From Octopus sinensis (Eukaryota), in contig NC_043024.1 in the NCBI RefSeq assembly GCF_006345805.1, forward strand, positions 13,764,001-13,828,000: a stretch of 64,000 nt of DNA, written 5' to 3'. The notes beneath the pieces were generated by a model. It did no database searches. It was not told the DNA's origin and saw only the letters and a list, made by a program, of their open reading frames with translations. Each line of letters starts with the position of its first letter. Position 1 is the stretch's first letter. The translations under genes and the position numbers were made by a program. Of this stretch, positions 14,241 to 26,470 are shown piece by piece.

Positions 14241-15606
14241 AATACATATACATTTATATATATATACACACTCTCACATATATATATATGAGAGCGTGTG
14301 TGAGTGTGTGTGCCCGCGTGTGTGTGTGTAGGAGACATGTGTATATGCTTACATGTCATCGGACATTTCTGATTACTTCCAGCATTTTCGTGATTTAAAT
14401 GAAGTTGGCAAACGAAACTTTCGTGATAGATTTCTCTTTTCTCCGCATTTTCATATCTATATATAAACAAAATTCTGTACGCGTACGTGTGCGTGCGTGC
14501 GCGTGTGTGTTTATGTGTGTATATGTGCGTTTCCCTGTGTATGTGTGTATGTGTGTCTGTGTGTCTGTGCCCTTGTATGACTTATGGCTGCGTTGCAAGT
14601 TTATTTGGCTTACAATGGCTAAGTAATTTTAATGCACAGCGGCGTTTTGTGGCCTTGAGCAAGACACTTTACTGCACCTTGCTTCAATCTACTCAGATGG
14701 CAAAAATAAGCTGTGCTTGGAATACGAAAGTCTACCCTTTTCGCACACAGTTTCATAGTGAATCTCCCTGGAAACTACGTTAAGGGTTACGTGTGTCTGC
14801 GGAATGCTCAGCCACTTGCAGGTTAATTACACGAGTAGGCTGTTTTGTTGATCGTATCAACTGCAGCAGACGTCAGCGTAAGCACCGAAGTGACTGTTCA
14901 TAATCCTATGTATTTGGTTGTCTGGAAAGTTCGTGCCGATTTATAGTAGATTACATTTCGACTTATTTTAGAAAATAGTTGAGTCCATAAAATAGGACTT
15001 AATCTGTCCTTAATCTGTAATCTTATATAATTTTTTCATATTTTCGACGAAGTCCTCCCCTTTCATACCGTCCTTTTTGCTCTCTCCCTTATCCCTTATC
15101 CCTTATCCATCCCAGCAAAGTTTGCCGTTGGTTTTAACAGATTAGCGATAATGTTGCGAAATTATGATGACCTTGGCTCGAAAACTGATGAGGGATGAGC
15201 ATTTCCCCGTACCGTGAGTTTTATACCTTTTTTTGTCGTCATTTTGTGGAATATTTTATCTATCCTCTCTCTCGGTGTCTCGATCTGTCTGTCTTTCTTT
15301 CTCACTCTTCCTGTCTCTCTCACTCTCTCATTCTCTCTCTATATGTGTGTGTCTGAATGTCTGCATGTATGTATATAGTGACCGCGTGTGTACCGTTGGC
15401 GATTTTTTTCCCTCTGTCTTCCCTTCTCTGGATCTTTCCTTTTCCTATGTTTCCGACGAAGAGTTCCGCTGGAAACGTAAAGTCCGCCTTCTTCTCTTCC
15501 TTCCTGAGCGTCCAATAATACTATATTTGTTCCACGTCCTCGCGTTGTGTTTCATGTTTGGATTAACTATATATATATATATATATATATACAGGTATTG
15601 TATATA

Positions 15607-15671
<65 letters not shown>

Positions 15672-15781
15672 TGCCGTATATATCTGCATAAATACATACA
15701 TGTATATATAAACTTAGATGTTTCGACCAAAGTGGTCCAGGCCATGTCTAGTTTTAATAGCACCACCTGTATATATATAAT

Positions 15782-15831
<50 letters not shown>

Positions 15832-16542
15832 TATATATATTATATATATACAGTTATGTATATATATTTATATATGAATGTATATAACATTCTGGATAGC
15901 CAATCAGAAAGCATTGCATACGGTAAATAAATTTATTCAACTACATTTTGCGAGATTCACATAACCCCGATGCAGTAACTTTTCATTTCAGTCGATTTGC
16001 GCGGTTTCTTTCATTCACATTTATGGTCATTCCGAATATAGTACATATATTCTCCCTGCGTGTGTATATATTACACACACGCAGACACGCGCACATACAA
16101 ACACACACAAATCTACGTATATAGATGTATACATATGTGGGTATATATGTATATACATGTATATATAATTATATATATATAATGTAAAGTATAGAAGCCA
16201 TCTTATCATGGCTAAACACAGTGGGGAGGGGATTTTACTGTAGCTTTATAGCCCCAAGAGATCGTTGTCTCTAGCTGGCTTTAGACACAATATCAGTGCC
16301 CTTGGAGTATTTGCAAAGGGAGGCCATCCCTTCCTCGCAAGCCTGAGTGATACGCTCGAACTAGTTTTGGGATTTTTGTCCCTCGCAACGGGCGGTAACC
16401 ACCAGGTCGCGATGAAAGTGAAGGCTGCTTTGCAAATATATAAGTTTTTCTAATGGCATCTGCCACTGATGTCGAAAAACGACAGTAAGCATAATTAAAT
16501 CTCAGAATGAGATTGAAACAGTAATCGCTCGATAATGTATAA

Positions 16543-16614
<72 letters not shown>

Positions 16615-16621
16615 ATTATGT

Positions 16622-17503
16622 ACAACATCAACAATCAAGGAACGGCCATAATAGGCCATTCGCCCACTAGAAATAACAGCCAAAGCTTCAACTGCAAATA
16701 AAAATCATTCCGTAAACCAGGAGAAAATTTACAAAACATTTACCCTGTAATTTCTTATACGATGCACCGTTTCATCTGCTGTTTAATGGCAACTAACCTG
16801 ATTAAATTAAATCAAGCCAATCTTCCATAGGCCCTCAGATTCTTCAGTAAGAAATAGCCAAGTCGGAACAGATATTTTCACGAGGCATTTCCGACCTTGC
16901 CAAGGCAATATCTGACCTAAAATTTTCAAATCATCGCACTCCGCGCCAAATTTATCGGCAGCAAATAAATATAAGTCGTCGATTCCATTACGGATTAACC
17001 AAAAAATTCATAATTAATCAATAAGGGTGGCAAAAAATTTGTAGAATTTTTTGCCACCAGCGGCCTAGTGGGAAAAAATTAAATAGTCATACACCATTTT
17101 TAAGTTCAACATCAACAATCAAGGACGGCCATAATAGGCCATTCACCCACTAGAAATAACAGCCAAAGCTTCAACCGCAAATAAAAATCAATTCCGTAAA
17201 CCAGGAGAAAATTTTAAAAATTTACCCTTTTTTTAGCAGATGAACAGCAATGAAACGGTGCATCGTATAAGAAATTAGAGGGTAAATGTTTTTAAAATTT
17301 TCTCCTGGTTTACGGAATTGATTTTTATTTGCGGTTGAAGCTTTGGCTGTTATTTCTAGTGGGTGAATGGCCTATTATGGCCGTTCCTTGATTGTTGATG
17401 TTGAACTTAAAAATGGTCTATGACTATTTAATTTTTTCCCACTAGGCCGCTGGTGGCAAAAAAATTCTACAAAATTTTTTGCCACCCTATATTGATTAAT
17501 TAT
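16622..17503. mobile_element. Tandem-plus-inverted repeat element with hammerhead (Penelope pLTR or retrozyme-like)
   Basis: Direct repeats starting at 16623 and 17107; ~17010-17228 inverted relative to ~17236-17503; TA-rich flanks. Confidence 0.8.
16750..16855 (-). ncRNA. Type I hammerhead ribozyme motif
   Basis: Minus strand: atttctta-CTGAAGA-atctg...cagat-GAAA-CggtgcatcG-TA-taagaaat. 8-bp stem I, 5-bp stem II base, near-palindromic stem III, GUA triplet. Confidence 0.85.
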
Positions 17504-18573
17504 AAATATATAATTATGTATATATTACTGAACTTGTTTCATAGATATTGATGTTATCTTGTCTTTCTCATTATACGCACTTCGAGGTCGTGTTTTACGA
17601 GATGTACTTTTCCAGTACTTGTGATTATGCTAGTTTTTGTGTGTGATAACAAGTTTATGATGTGACGTTGATTGACAAACAAAGTATATAATAGTCTATG
17701 TATGCCGTATTGTCTGAATGTCCTTTGTAGAATTAATTACGTATTAATTTTTAGGTATAACCTATCACTATATTGTTACTTGTACTATTAAGCTGAAAGA
17801 TAACCGGTTAGTGTTTATGTTTTTGTAGACCGGAACGTGCTTATGAGCTCAGTGTAGTAGGGTGGCCGCTTAATTTGGCATAGTTTGGTGGCCTTCAGAC
17901 GTAATTAATTAGGCTTGGATAATATTAGCGAATACAGCATTGAGAGGTTCTGTGGCATATATGTAACCATAGAGGTGGTTGGCATGAAAATATGAATTCA
18001 AAAGCCTGACTTTGCAATGACATAGCCTGGTGTCAAACAGAGTGTAATGGAGAAAACGTAGTTGGCATTCGACTAAAGGATGACACTAGTGTACTAACGA
18101 CAGGCACAGACAACTCAGGCGCAAGCTTTTCAGATAACATGTATGTATGTATATATGTATATGCGTATATATATATATATTATATATATATATATATTAT
18201 ATATATATATATATATATTATATTAAATTAGAGATAAAACCACTATTAGGCAAATCATACAATGAAAACTCAAGCCAATACATAAGATTAATTAATTTAT
18301 ATTATTTTAAATATATATCAAAATTATTAAAAAAAGGTGTTATAACTAATTATATTTTTTTAATAATTTTGATATATATTTAAAATAATATAAATTAATT
18401 AATCTTATGTATTGGCTTAAGTTTTTCATTGTTTGATTTGCCTAATAGTGGTTTTGCTCTCTAATTAAATAATCATAATATTTTACTATAAAATTGGATT
18501 GAATCCTAAATCTGATTTTTCCCTGTAAGTTTGGATTTATTCCCTAATATTTTATTATATATATATATGGTAT

Positions 18574-18658
<85 letters not shown>

Positions 18659-19094
18659 TGTATGTATGTATGTATGTATGTTGTATGTATGTATGTATGT
18701 GTGTATGTATGTAGTATATATAAATAAATCCCATTCTGTCTGTGTTTGTAAAAAGTTATAACGGCCGTATTTTTCAACTGATTTTCTCCAAATTGGGGGC
18801 ATATATTACGTATGTTCCAGGGATGATTTTACACACTGACAATTTTCCACATAATGGGTAACCGGACCCCTAAGGCCAGAAAACACCCGTTCCTGGTTTA
18901 CGGGGAGAAGCTAGGTCGCTTATTAACAGCAAAGTTAAAAATGACCCACGAATTGTGTTCCTGGTTACTCTCCAGTCGAGTGATATCCACACCGTTATCC
19001 TTCGTTTCTCCACATATTCCCGGCCGCAGCTTGGATACTGTTGTCCACGTTGGTCTTCCCTCACGAGATAAAGTATCATCAGAGGTCAATTATA

Positions 19095-19530
19095 AAAAAG
19101 ATAGACGGCATGAGAGGGTCTGACTACTGGGGTCGACTACAAAAGCTAAACGTTGCTGTCACCGTTACATCATTTGCATAATGGGGAAAATATTCCATCA
19201 GCATTGCCCAAATGATGTTGGCATGACCTTTAAGATACACCCAAGTCATAACAACGATGCGGCGCAGTTATTTTACCTCAGTTTCCCCCGCTCTCTTTAA
19301 CATTACACCAAAAAATATTACAGCAGAAACAAACTCCATAATATTCAAGAGGGCTTTGGACAAATTCCTTTAAAAAAAACCCAGATAAACTTCCTGCACA
19401 CGGATATATATCTGCTTAAACAATAAGTCTCTGCTTGGTTGGGTCATCCTGTCCGATTCCTGGTTTGAATGACTTCGCCAGGTGTTGTTGTTAAGTTAGA
19501 AATGGCCTAGGTCAATGATGGCCGAAACCA
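19095..19530 (+). mobile_element. 3' end of a CR1/L2-like LINE
   Basis: Frameshifted peptides DGMRGSDYWGRLQKL, YIICIMGKIFHQHCPNDVG and PALFNITPK...FKRALDKFL. Confidence 0.7.
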
Positions 19531-19598
19531 TCGAAGTATCAAAGAATATACATACATACATACATACACACATATATACATTCAAACGTCCATGCAAT

Positions 19599-19677
<79 letters not shown>

Positions 19678-19684
19678 CTATCTG

Positions 19685-19725
<41 letters not shown>

Positions 19726-19737
19726 ATATATATAGAT

Positions 19738-19780
<43 letters not shown>

Positions 19781-19992
19781 ATAATGTGAAATAGAAAGAT
19801 GAATAATCTTGAGTAGATTAATCAAAAGTTTAACCGATACCTTGGTAGCAAAAATCACAGCAGTAAACAGCACGGTTGGAGGTACAACCAAATGGTGTTT
19901 GCAACCGTGCGTTGGTGCGGATAATTGAAATTAAAATATTATTGGTGAATTGAAGAAATGGAGCTGAACGCAGATTGAACAGAAATCGTTTA

Positions 19993-20081
19993 TTTCATTC
20001 TACACGTGTTTCGAAAGGCACAATTTACCAAAATCCGATTGAATAATGGGACCATATTGTGTCTTTCTCTTCAGGAAGAAA
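19993..20081 (-). ncRNA. Type I hammerhead ribozyme motif
   Basis: Minus strand: tttcttc-CTGAAGA-gaaagacacaat...attgtgcctttc-GAAA-C-acgt-G-TA-gaatgaaa. Stem II 11 of 12 pairs, palindromic CACGTG stem III, GUA triplet. Confidence 0.85.
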
Positions 20082-20206
20082 TAGGAAATCCGTTGGAAAA
20101 AACAAAAAACAAAAAACAAACAAAAACCATGGGCTCTTAGGAGCCTAGGTTCGATTTGTTTTTGCTCCGCCTCTGTTCTGTTTTTGTTTTTTCAACGGAT
20201 TTCTAT

Positions 20207-20292
20207 TTTCTTCCTGAAGAGAAAGACACAATATGGTCCCATTATTTCAAGGATTTTGGTAAATTGTGCCTTCGAAACACGTATAGAATGAA
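20207..20292 (+). ncRNA. Hammerhead motif, inverted partner copy with a stem III G>A change
   Basis: ttc-CTGAAGA(20214)...GAAA(20274)-C-acgt-A-TA-gaa; A at 20283 breaks the stem III C-G pair. Confidence 0.65.
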
Positions 20293-20405
20293 TAAAACGA
20301 TTTCTGTTCAATCTGCGTTCAGCTCCATTTCTTCAATTCACCAATAATATTATATATATATATATATATAAACATACATACATACATACATATATACATA
20401 GAAGT

Positions 20406-20770
20406 GGAGGCGCAATGGCTCAGTGGTTAGGGCAGCAGACTCGCGGTCGTAGGTTTGTGGTTTCGATCCCCAGAGCGGGCGCAGTGAATGTTGATTGAGC
20501 GAAAACACCCAAAGCTCCAGGCTCCCGCAGGGTGTGGTGGCGAATCCTGCTGTACAATTTTCTTTCTATTTTGCTTCCTCTTTCTGCTTAACCCGTATTT
20601 CAAAGGGGCAGCCTTGTCACACTTTTTGCCACGCTGAATCTCCTCGAGAACTACGGTAAGTGTACACGTGACTGTGGAGTGCTTAGCCACTTACACGTTA
20701 ATTTCACGAGCAATTTGTTCTGTTGATCGGATCAACTGGATCGCTTGTCATCGTAACCGACAGAGTGCCG
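20406..20770 (+). mobile_element. tRNA-derived SINE family C, tail type 1 (also 48036-48422(-) with TSD ctgctgtagtat; ~14630-14895)
   Basis: ggaggcgcaatggctcagtggttaggg...ggtttcgatccc head; tail ...gttgatcggatcaac...cgtaaccgac. Confidence 0.85.
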
Positions 20771-21189
20771 CGATATACATAGATGTATATACATCTATAC
20801 GGCAATTAGAAATATAAGGTATCAAGAGTTGGTATTTATCAACTTTTAGACATTATATTATGTCTATCTATTTATTTAAAGAAAAAAAGCAATTATAACA
20901 AAATACATACATGTATAACAAATTATGCTTTACATATATAAAACTACCAGTAATTATTTTATTATTGCTGTATAAATTAAGGATAAAGCTACTTTTTTTT
21001 ACTCTCACCCATTTATTACGTTCAGTAGTGTAATTACCTTGCAATGAAAAACACTTGTGTATTAATAATTGGGTATTCTACCAGCGGTATATTGGATAGA
21101 TATTATCCCTTAGTCGGTTAAATTCACAACCTCTATCTCTCTTGGAATTATATACATATGCGTGTGTGTGTGTATTTATATATGATTGT

Positions 21190-21590
<401 letters not shown>

Positions 21591-21820
21591 TATATGCACA
21601 CATATACTCACACACACACACACGTGATGTTTGAGTAAGAAATATGGAGCAGGAGAGGGGTGCCCTGGTAAAGAGAGAGAATGAACTCTGAATGACAGAA
21701 TGAAAGGTATGATTAGAGCAGTCGTTTAGATAAATATAATACGTAAACTATTTATATTGTTAGATAAAATCATTTTATCTAATGTTAGGTTTATATCTCT
21801 TTCGGTAGTGATTGGTTCGA

Positions 21821-21875
21821 TATTGATTTCTTCCTCTTTACTATTTTCTTTCTTTTCCTTGAAATGTTTGAACAG
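21821..21875 (+). promoter_or_regulatory. Polypyrimidine tract and 3' splice acceptor of copy A
   Basis: tattgatttcttcctctttactattttctttcttttcctt...gaacAG; in-frame TGA at 21869 just upstream; paralogous site in copy B. Confidence 0.75.
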
Positions 21876-23722
21876 CTGGACGGAAGTTCGATGTCTCGAA
21901 ACTGTCTGGACGAAGAAAAATTGCTAGTCTGTTGACAGAGTTCATCCGACAGAATAATGTTTCCAAAGTGAAAAATACGTTGAACATATACAACGTGAAA
22001 CAAAGATACATGATCGTGTCACTGAAAATAAACGGCTGTCCTTTAATTTTTACGGCATCGCATGCAGGTAACGTAAGTCTTGTCAACTATTTCCTCGATC
22101 AATGCGATGCCAACATCGAACAACGTGGAACATATGTTGGAATGAAAAGCACACCGCTTTGGATCGCTGCACTTCGGAATCATTTCTACGTGGTGGTTGC
22201 ATTGGTCGAACACGGTGCTGATATCAACACGCAAGCAAGTTCTGGCAAAAGTGCCGTCAGCATCAGTTGTCGAAATGCTAAGATTGTTAAGTACCTCATT
22301 CAACAAGGTGCCGACATTGATTTGCCAGATGCCAGAGGTCGAACATCGTTAATGTATTCAGCCCCACATTTGAACATATGTCGTCGCTTGTTGTCTCTCG
22401 GAGCAAATGTTAACAGGGTTGACCATAAGGGGCAGGACGCTCTCCATTTCGCAATAAAACGAGGGCAGTTAAAAACAGTTGATTTATTTGTTAGACACGG
22501 AACTAATCTTCTGATGAAAGATAACAACGGGACAACACCTTTGGAGTTTGCAGCTATCCATAACAAACCGGATATTTTGGAATATCTAATCTCCACAAAT
22601 CAGTACGGTAGAGAAGCCATAATATCGGCTTATGAACTCTTGGGCAGCCAGTTTGCGATGGATTATCACTTGACCTATAATGCAGAACAGGTGAAAATAT
22701 GGTGGTTTAGGGCCATAGAAATGCGCCACGGAGACACAACTCAGGCACCAATCATGAAGCATTTATCTACTAATCAAAGACTGGTCACTAATTTAATCGG
22801 GGAAGAATTTACAAGCTCTGACTTCTTGAATCAAATTTTACACGATGTGAACTCAATGTGGACCCAAGGTCTACTGGTGCAGTCGCGGATCCTGGGACCC
22901 AGGCATCCGACTGTGATCAAATCATTCATGAGAAAAGCGTGTTTTCATATTAATCGTACTGACTTTCATTCTAGTTTGCATTTATTATACTGTCTCTTGA
23001 GTTTCTTCGAACAGTTCACGGACCCATTACAAAACGATATCCTGGATGTTGTAGGGACGTTCAGTTCCATCTTAATGCACACGGTATTAGCTAATAATTC
23101 GAGCACTTACTATATTTTCCGCATATTCCATTGCTTCGTCAAATACGTGAGCTATCATATAATTCCTTACTTGAAGAAATATGGTCGGAATTTAATGTTT
23201 CACCGAATACCTGATTTTGAACGGTTTTTAGTTGAAATTCTCGACTTACTGGAATTCATATTGAACTTTCCGCTGCCCGATTGTCAAGGAAGCGAGATCG
23301 AAAACAGTCTGGGTGAACTCTTACGCCATCATCCACGTGGTATGAACCATATAACGCTGCTACAACTATCAATCCGAATGTATCGCACTGTCAGTGTAGT
23401 TGAAATGCTTCTGAGATGCGGAGCAGATGTGAATGCCGTTGACAACGAAGGCAACACCGCGATACATTACGCCATTCTGTATCCTTCACAACACCAAATA
23501 GAAATATTGTCCTCTTTACTTCAATACGGGTGCCATGTGGATATCGTCAACAATAATGGCTATTCTGCACTGGAATATCTTCAGCATTGCAGACTAATAA
23601 CCAGCTATTTGAAATACTGTACGCTTCAGTGCATTTGCGCACGAACCATCCGTGAACACAACGTCAAATACAAACACATACTGTCAAAAGATTTGGCATA
23701 TTTCGTAGATAAGCATGGCTAA
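21876..23722 (+). CDS. fem-1: Fem-1-like ankyrin-repeat protein (putative CRL2 substrate receptor), copy A; large terminal coding exon
   Basis: 596-aa ORF with N-terminal ankyrin repeats (TPLWIAA, DALHFAI, TPLEFAA), Fem-1-type middle motifs AYELLG and RILGPRHP, C-terminal ankyrins (GNTAIHYA) and a VHL/BC-box-like end TLQCICARTI...FVDKH. The frame stays open upstream of the ORF-track start (GRKFDVSKLSGRRKIASLLTEF) back to an AG at 21874-21875. First in-frame ATG is at 22010. Confidence 0.9.
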
Positions 23723-24305
23723 GTACTACTGTTTATTGGATTCATTTCTAGTAAATACCAAGATAATCATTCCTTCAATGTTTTCCAAATATTACACGAT
23801 TATGATTAACTAAAATGAAAACAACTGTAAAATATAACAAGTAAATGCAAAAGTTTATTAAATATTATATGTTCTCTGTATATTATCGGCTTCAATTATT
23901 GAGATTAATGCGTTATTTATTATCAGTAAATTTATAATTATGAATCAGGTTTTAGAAAAATGGCAGCGTGCCTACATTATTTATGTTATGGCCATCACAT
24001 TTGGATTGCTGTTGGACACGAAGCTTTCGATTAAAACATTATTGTTTTTTTTTGTGGTGGGGGATACATTCAGATCGTATATGTGTATACACATGTCTGC
24101 ATGTACTTGTGTATGTGCCTGTGTGTCTCTGTGTCACTTCTTGTCCCACAGTACTACTTGAAAAGCGGTGTTGGTGTGTTTGCGGCCCCGCATATAGCTG
24201 TTCGGTATAAGAGACCGATGCAATATGTACCTGGCCTTATTAAAAGCTAAACAGCAAGATATATATGTATATGTATATATATATTATATATATATATATA
24301 TATAT

Positions 24306-24633
24306 TACGTTTTTGGATTTGGTTTGCAAGATTCTTTATATGAGTTCGTGTCTCGATGCATATTCTGTTGTGGTGTCTGAGGAGAGTCATTCTCTTTTAG
24401 TGCCTTATTATTTAACACACTCACTGGTAAAAGTTCCACTTATTTTTTATTTTTATTTTCTAAAATTTTCGTTGCGTGTTGCGACACTATTGAAACACGC
24501 AACCTATTGAATGGGTTGCAGCATGTAATGAAAATTTTAGAAAATAAAAATAAAAAATAAGTGGAAATTTTACCGGTGAGTGTGTTAAATAATATGGCAC
24601 TAAAAGAGAATGACTCTCCCCAGACACAACAGA

Positions 24634-24637
<4 letters not shown>
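24306..24637. mobile_element. Fold-back element between (TA)n and (CA)n
   Basis: Arms ~24361-24490 and ~24500-24637 are reverse complements; tail 24306-24360. Confidence 0.75.
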
Positions 24638-24694
<57 letters not shown>

Positions 24695-24715
24695 TATATA
24701 TATAATATATATATA

Positions 24716-25103
24716 ATATTAATTAGAGACAAAACCACTATTATGCAAATCAAACAGAGAAAGACTTAATCAAAACATAAAAAAATTTATATAAATTAAA
24801 TATAATTAAGATATCCACTACGATCGTTTCTTGTCACTTGACTTCATAGTTCAAAATTGCATAGATGGTCTAGAAACCACCTGATGAATGTCAATAGAAG
24901 TGACAAGAAACGATCGTAGTGGATATCTTAATTATATTTAATTTATATAAAAAATTTTATGTATTGGATTAAGTCTGTCTTTGTTTGATTTGCATAATAG
25001 TGGTTTTGTCTCTAATTAATATTATATTATATTTTACTATAAAATTGGATTCAATCCGAAATCTGATTTTTCCCTGTAAATTTGGATTTATTCCCTAATA
25101 TTT
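24716..25103 (+). mobile_element. Fold-back element with hammerhead; relatives lacking the core at ~3217-3566, ~18224-18553 and ~45285-45456
   Basis: Inverted arms ~24716-24839 and ~24897-25028 starting ttagaga(c/t)aaaaccactatta; shared tail ...tttttccctgtaa(a/g)tttggattta(t/c)tccctaata. Confidence 0.8.
24877..24922 (+). ncRNA. Minimal type I hammerhead ribozyme motif
   Basis: ccac-CTGATGA-a-tgtca-atagaag-tgaca-a-GAAA-C-gatc-G-TA-gtgg. Palindromic CGATCG stem III; predicted cleavage after 24918. Confidence 0.8.
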
Positions 25104-25229
25104 ATTATTATATATACATATATATATATAATATATATATATATACATATATATAATATACATACACACACACATATCTATATATATACATATATATACA
25201 TACATATATATAATACATATATATATATA

Positions 25230-25263
<34 letters not shown>

Positions 25264-25303
25264 TATACATATACATATATACATACATATATGTATATAT
25301 ATA

Positions 25304-26054
25304 TAAAGAATACGTTTTGCATGGTACAACAATGCACTATAATACAAGCAATGGGCTATATACCTGTTGTTCTGTAGTCATCCTTAGTCTGATAATATTT
25401 CGGAATAAAATTCCTTCCTCAGATATTCTTAGATGGAGTCGCTGCTATAATCGGTTTTGCAGCTGTGTTTCTTTTCGTTTTCTTTTGGGAAGTACTCAGC
25501 AGTGGTCTCACGAAGCTTTTTCCATAATTCCTCATGAGAAGTGTGTGAAGTCAGCCATGTTTCAATCTCGTGTGTGCTGGTACGTCCGTAGCGCTGCTTC
25601 TAAGTTATGTATTATACGTGCAGCTTCCTTTGTTCCCTTCTTTTTTTGTCTTCTTTTTTTTTTGTTATGAACTATAGATAAGCATATTATCAAAAATGAA
25701 CCTACACGCATCTTAGAAGCAACGCTATGGATGTACCTGCACACACGAGACTGAGATATGGCCTACCTCACACATTTCTCATGAGGAACATTACGGAATG
25801 AGCTTCTGAAAGACCACTGCTGAGCGCTTCCCCCAAAATATAAAGAAAGTCCGTGGAAAACCAATTATAGCAGCGACTCTATCTAAGAATATCTGATGAA
25901 GGAATTTTATTCCGAAATATCATCAGAGTATGGATGACTAAAGAACAACAGGTATATATCCCATTGTTTGTATTATAGTGCATTGTTGTACAATTCAAAA
26001 GTTTTATTCTTTACAAACAATACTCAATGCTTCAAGAAAACTACAATACTCTCC

Positions 26055-26055
<1 letters not shown>
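25304..26055 (+). mobile_element. Older fold-back element (~320-bp diverged arms) in (TA)n
   Basis: ~25304-25628 is the reverse complement of ~25698-26013; ~40-nt tail to 26055. Confidence 0.8.
25889..25927 (+). ncRNA. Degenerate hammerhead-like motif
   Basis: CTGATGA-a-ggaat-ttt-attcc-GAAA-tatcatc. Core and stem II intact, stems I and III poor; mirrored (CTGAGGA) in the inverted arm. Confidence 0.5.
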
Positions 26056-26085
<30 letters not shown>

Positions 26086-26191
26086 GTGTGTGCGTGCGTG
26101 TGTGTGTGTGTGTGGGTGTGGTGTGTCTATGTGTATATGTATATATATTTATGTACATATATGCTTATATATATATATATATATATATATC

Positions 26192-26229
<38 letters not shown>

Positions 26230-26428
26230 ATAATAAGGCAGTCAGAATGTTGGATGATTATATATATTTTATTACATTTTATTTATATTTTATTTATGCT
26301 TCTAGTGCTTTCTTCCGTAATCAGATTTATCAAAATGTGGCTTAAAGTTAGATTTGTTGGTCGTTTTATAGTTAAAACTTTTTCTGGGGTTTGCCAATCA
26401 AGAGGAAAGAAACAAGAAAAAATACTTA

Positions 26429-26470
<42 letters not shown>

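Larger units (their letters stand above)
19785..20351. mobile_element. Fold-back element in (TA)n with hammerheads
   Basis: Inverted arms ~19935-20110 and ~20180-20351, unique tail 19785-19934. Confidence 0.8.

Noticed and set aside
13955-14290. Repeated gcatccatagatatatt units with variable spacers
   Set aside because: Local slippage duplications in (TA)n; eukaryotic context, not a CRISPR array
15181-15225. CTGATGA-ggga...tccc hairpin
   Set aside because: GAAA strand missing; cannot be called a ribozyme
16320-16370. TCCTCGC motif resembling an HDV-like ribozyme L3
   Set aside because: P1, P1.1 and P2 pairings could not be built
21891-21935. Conserved 14-codon overlapping ORF MSRNCL(D/E)EEKLL(V/N)C in both paralogs (also 36328-36372)
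   Set aside because: Substitutions are largely synonymous in the Fem-1 frame, so conservation is explained by the main protein
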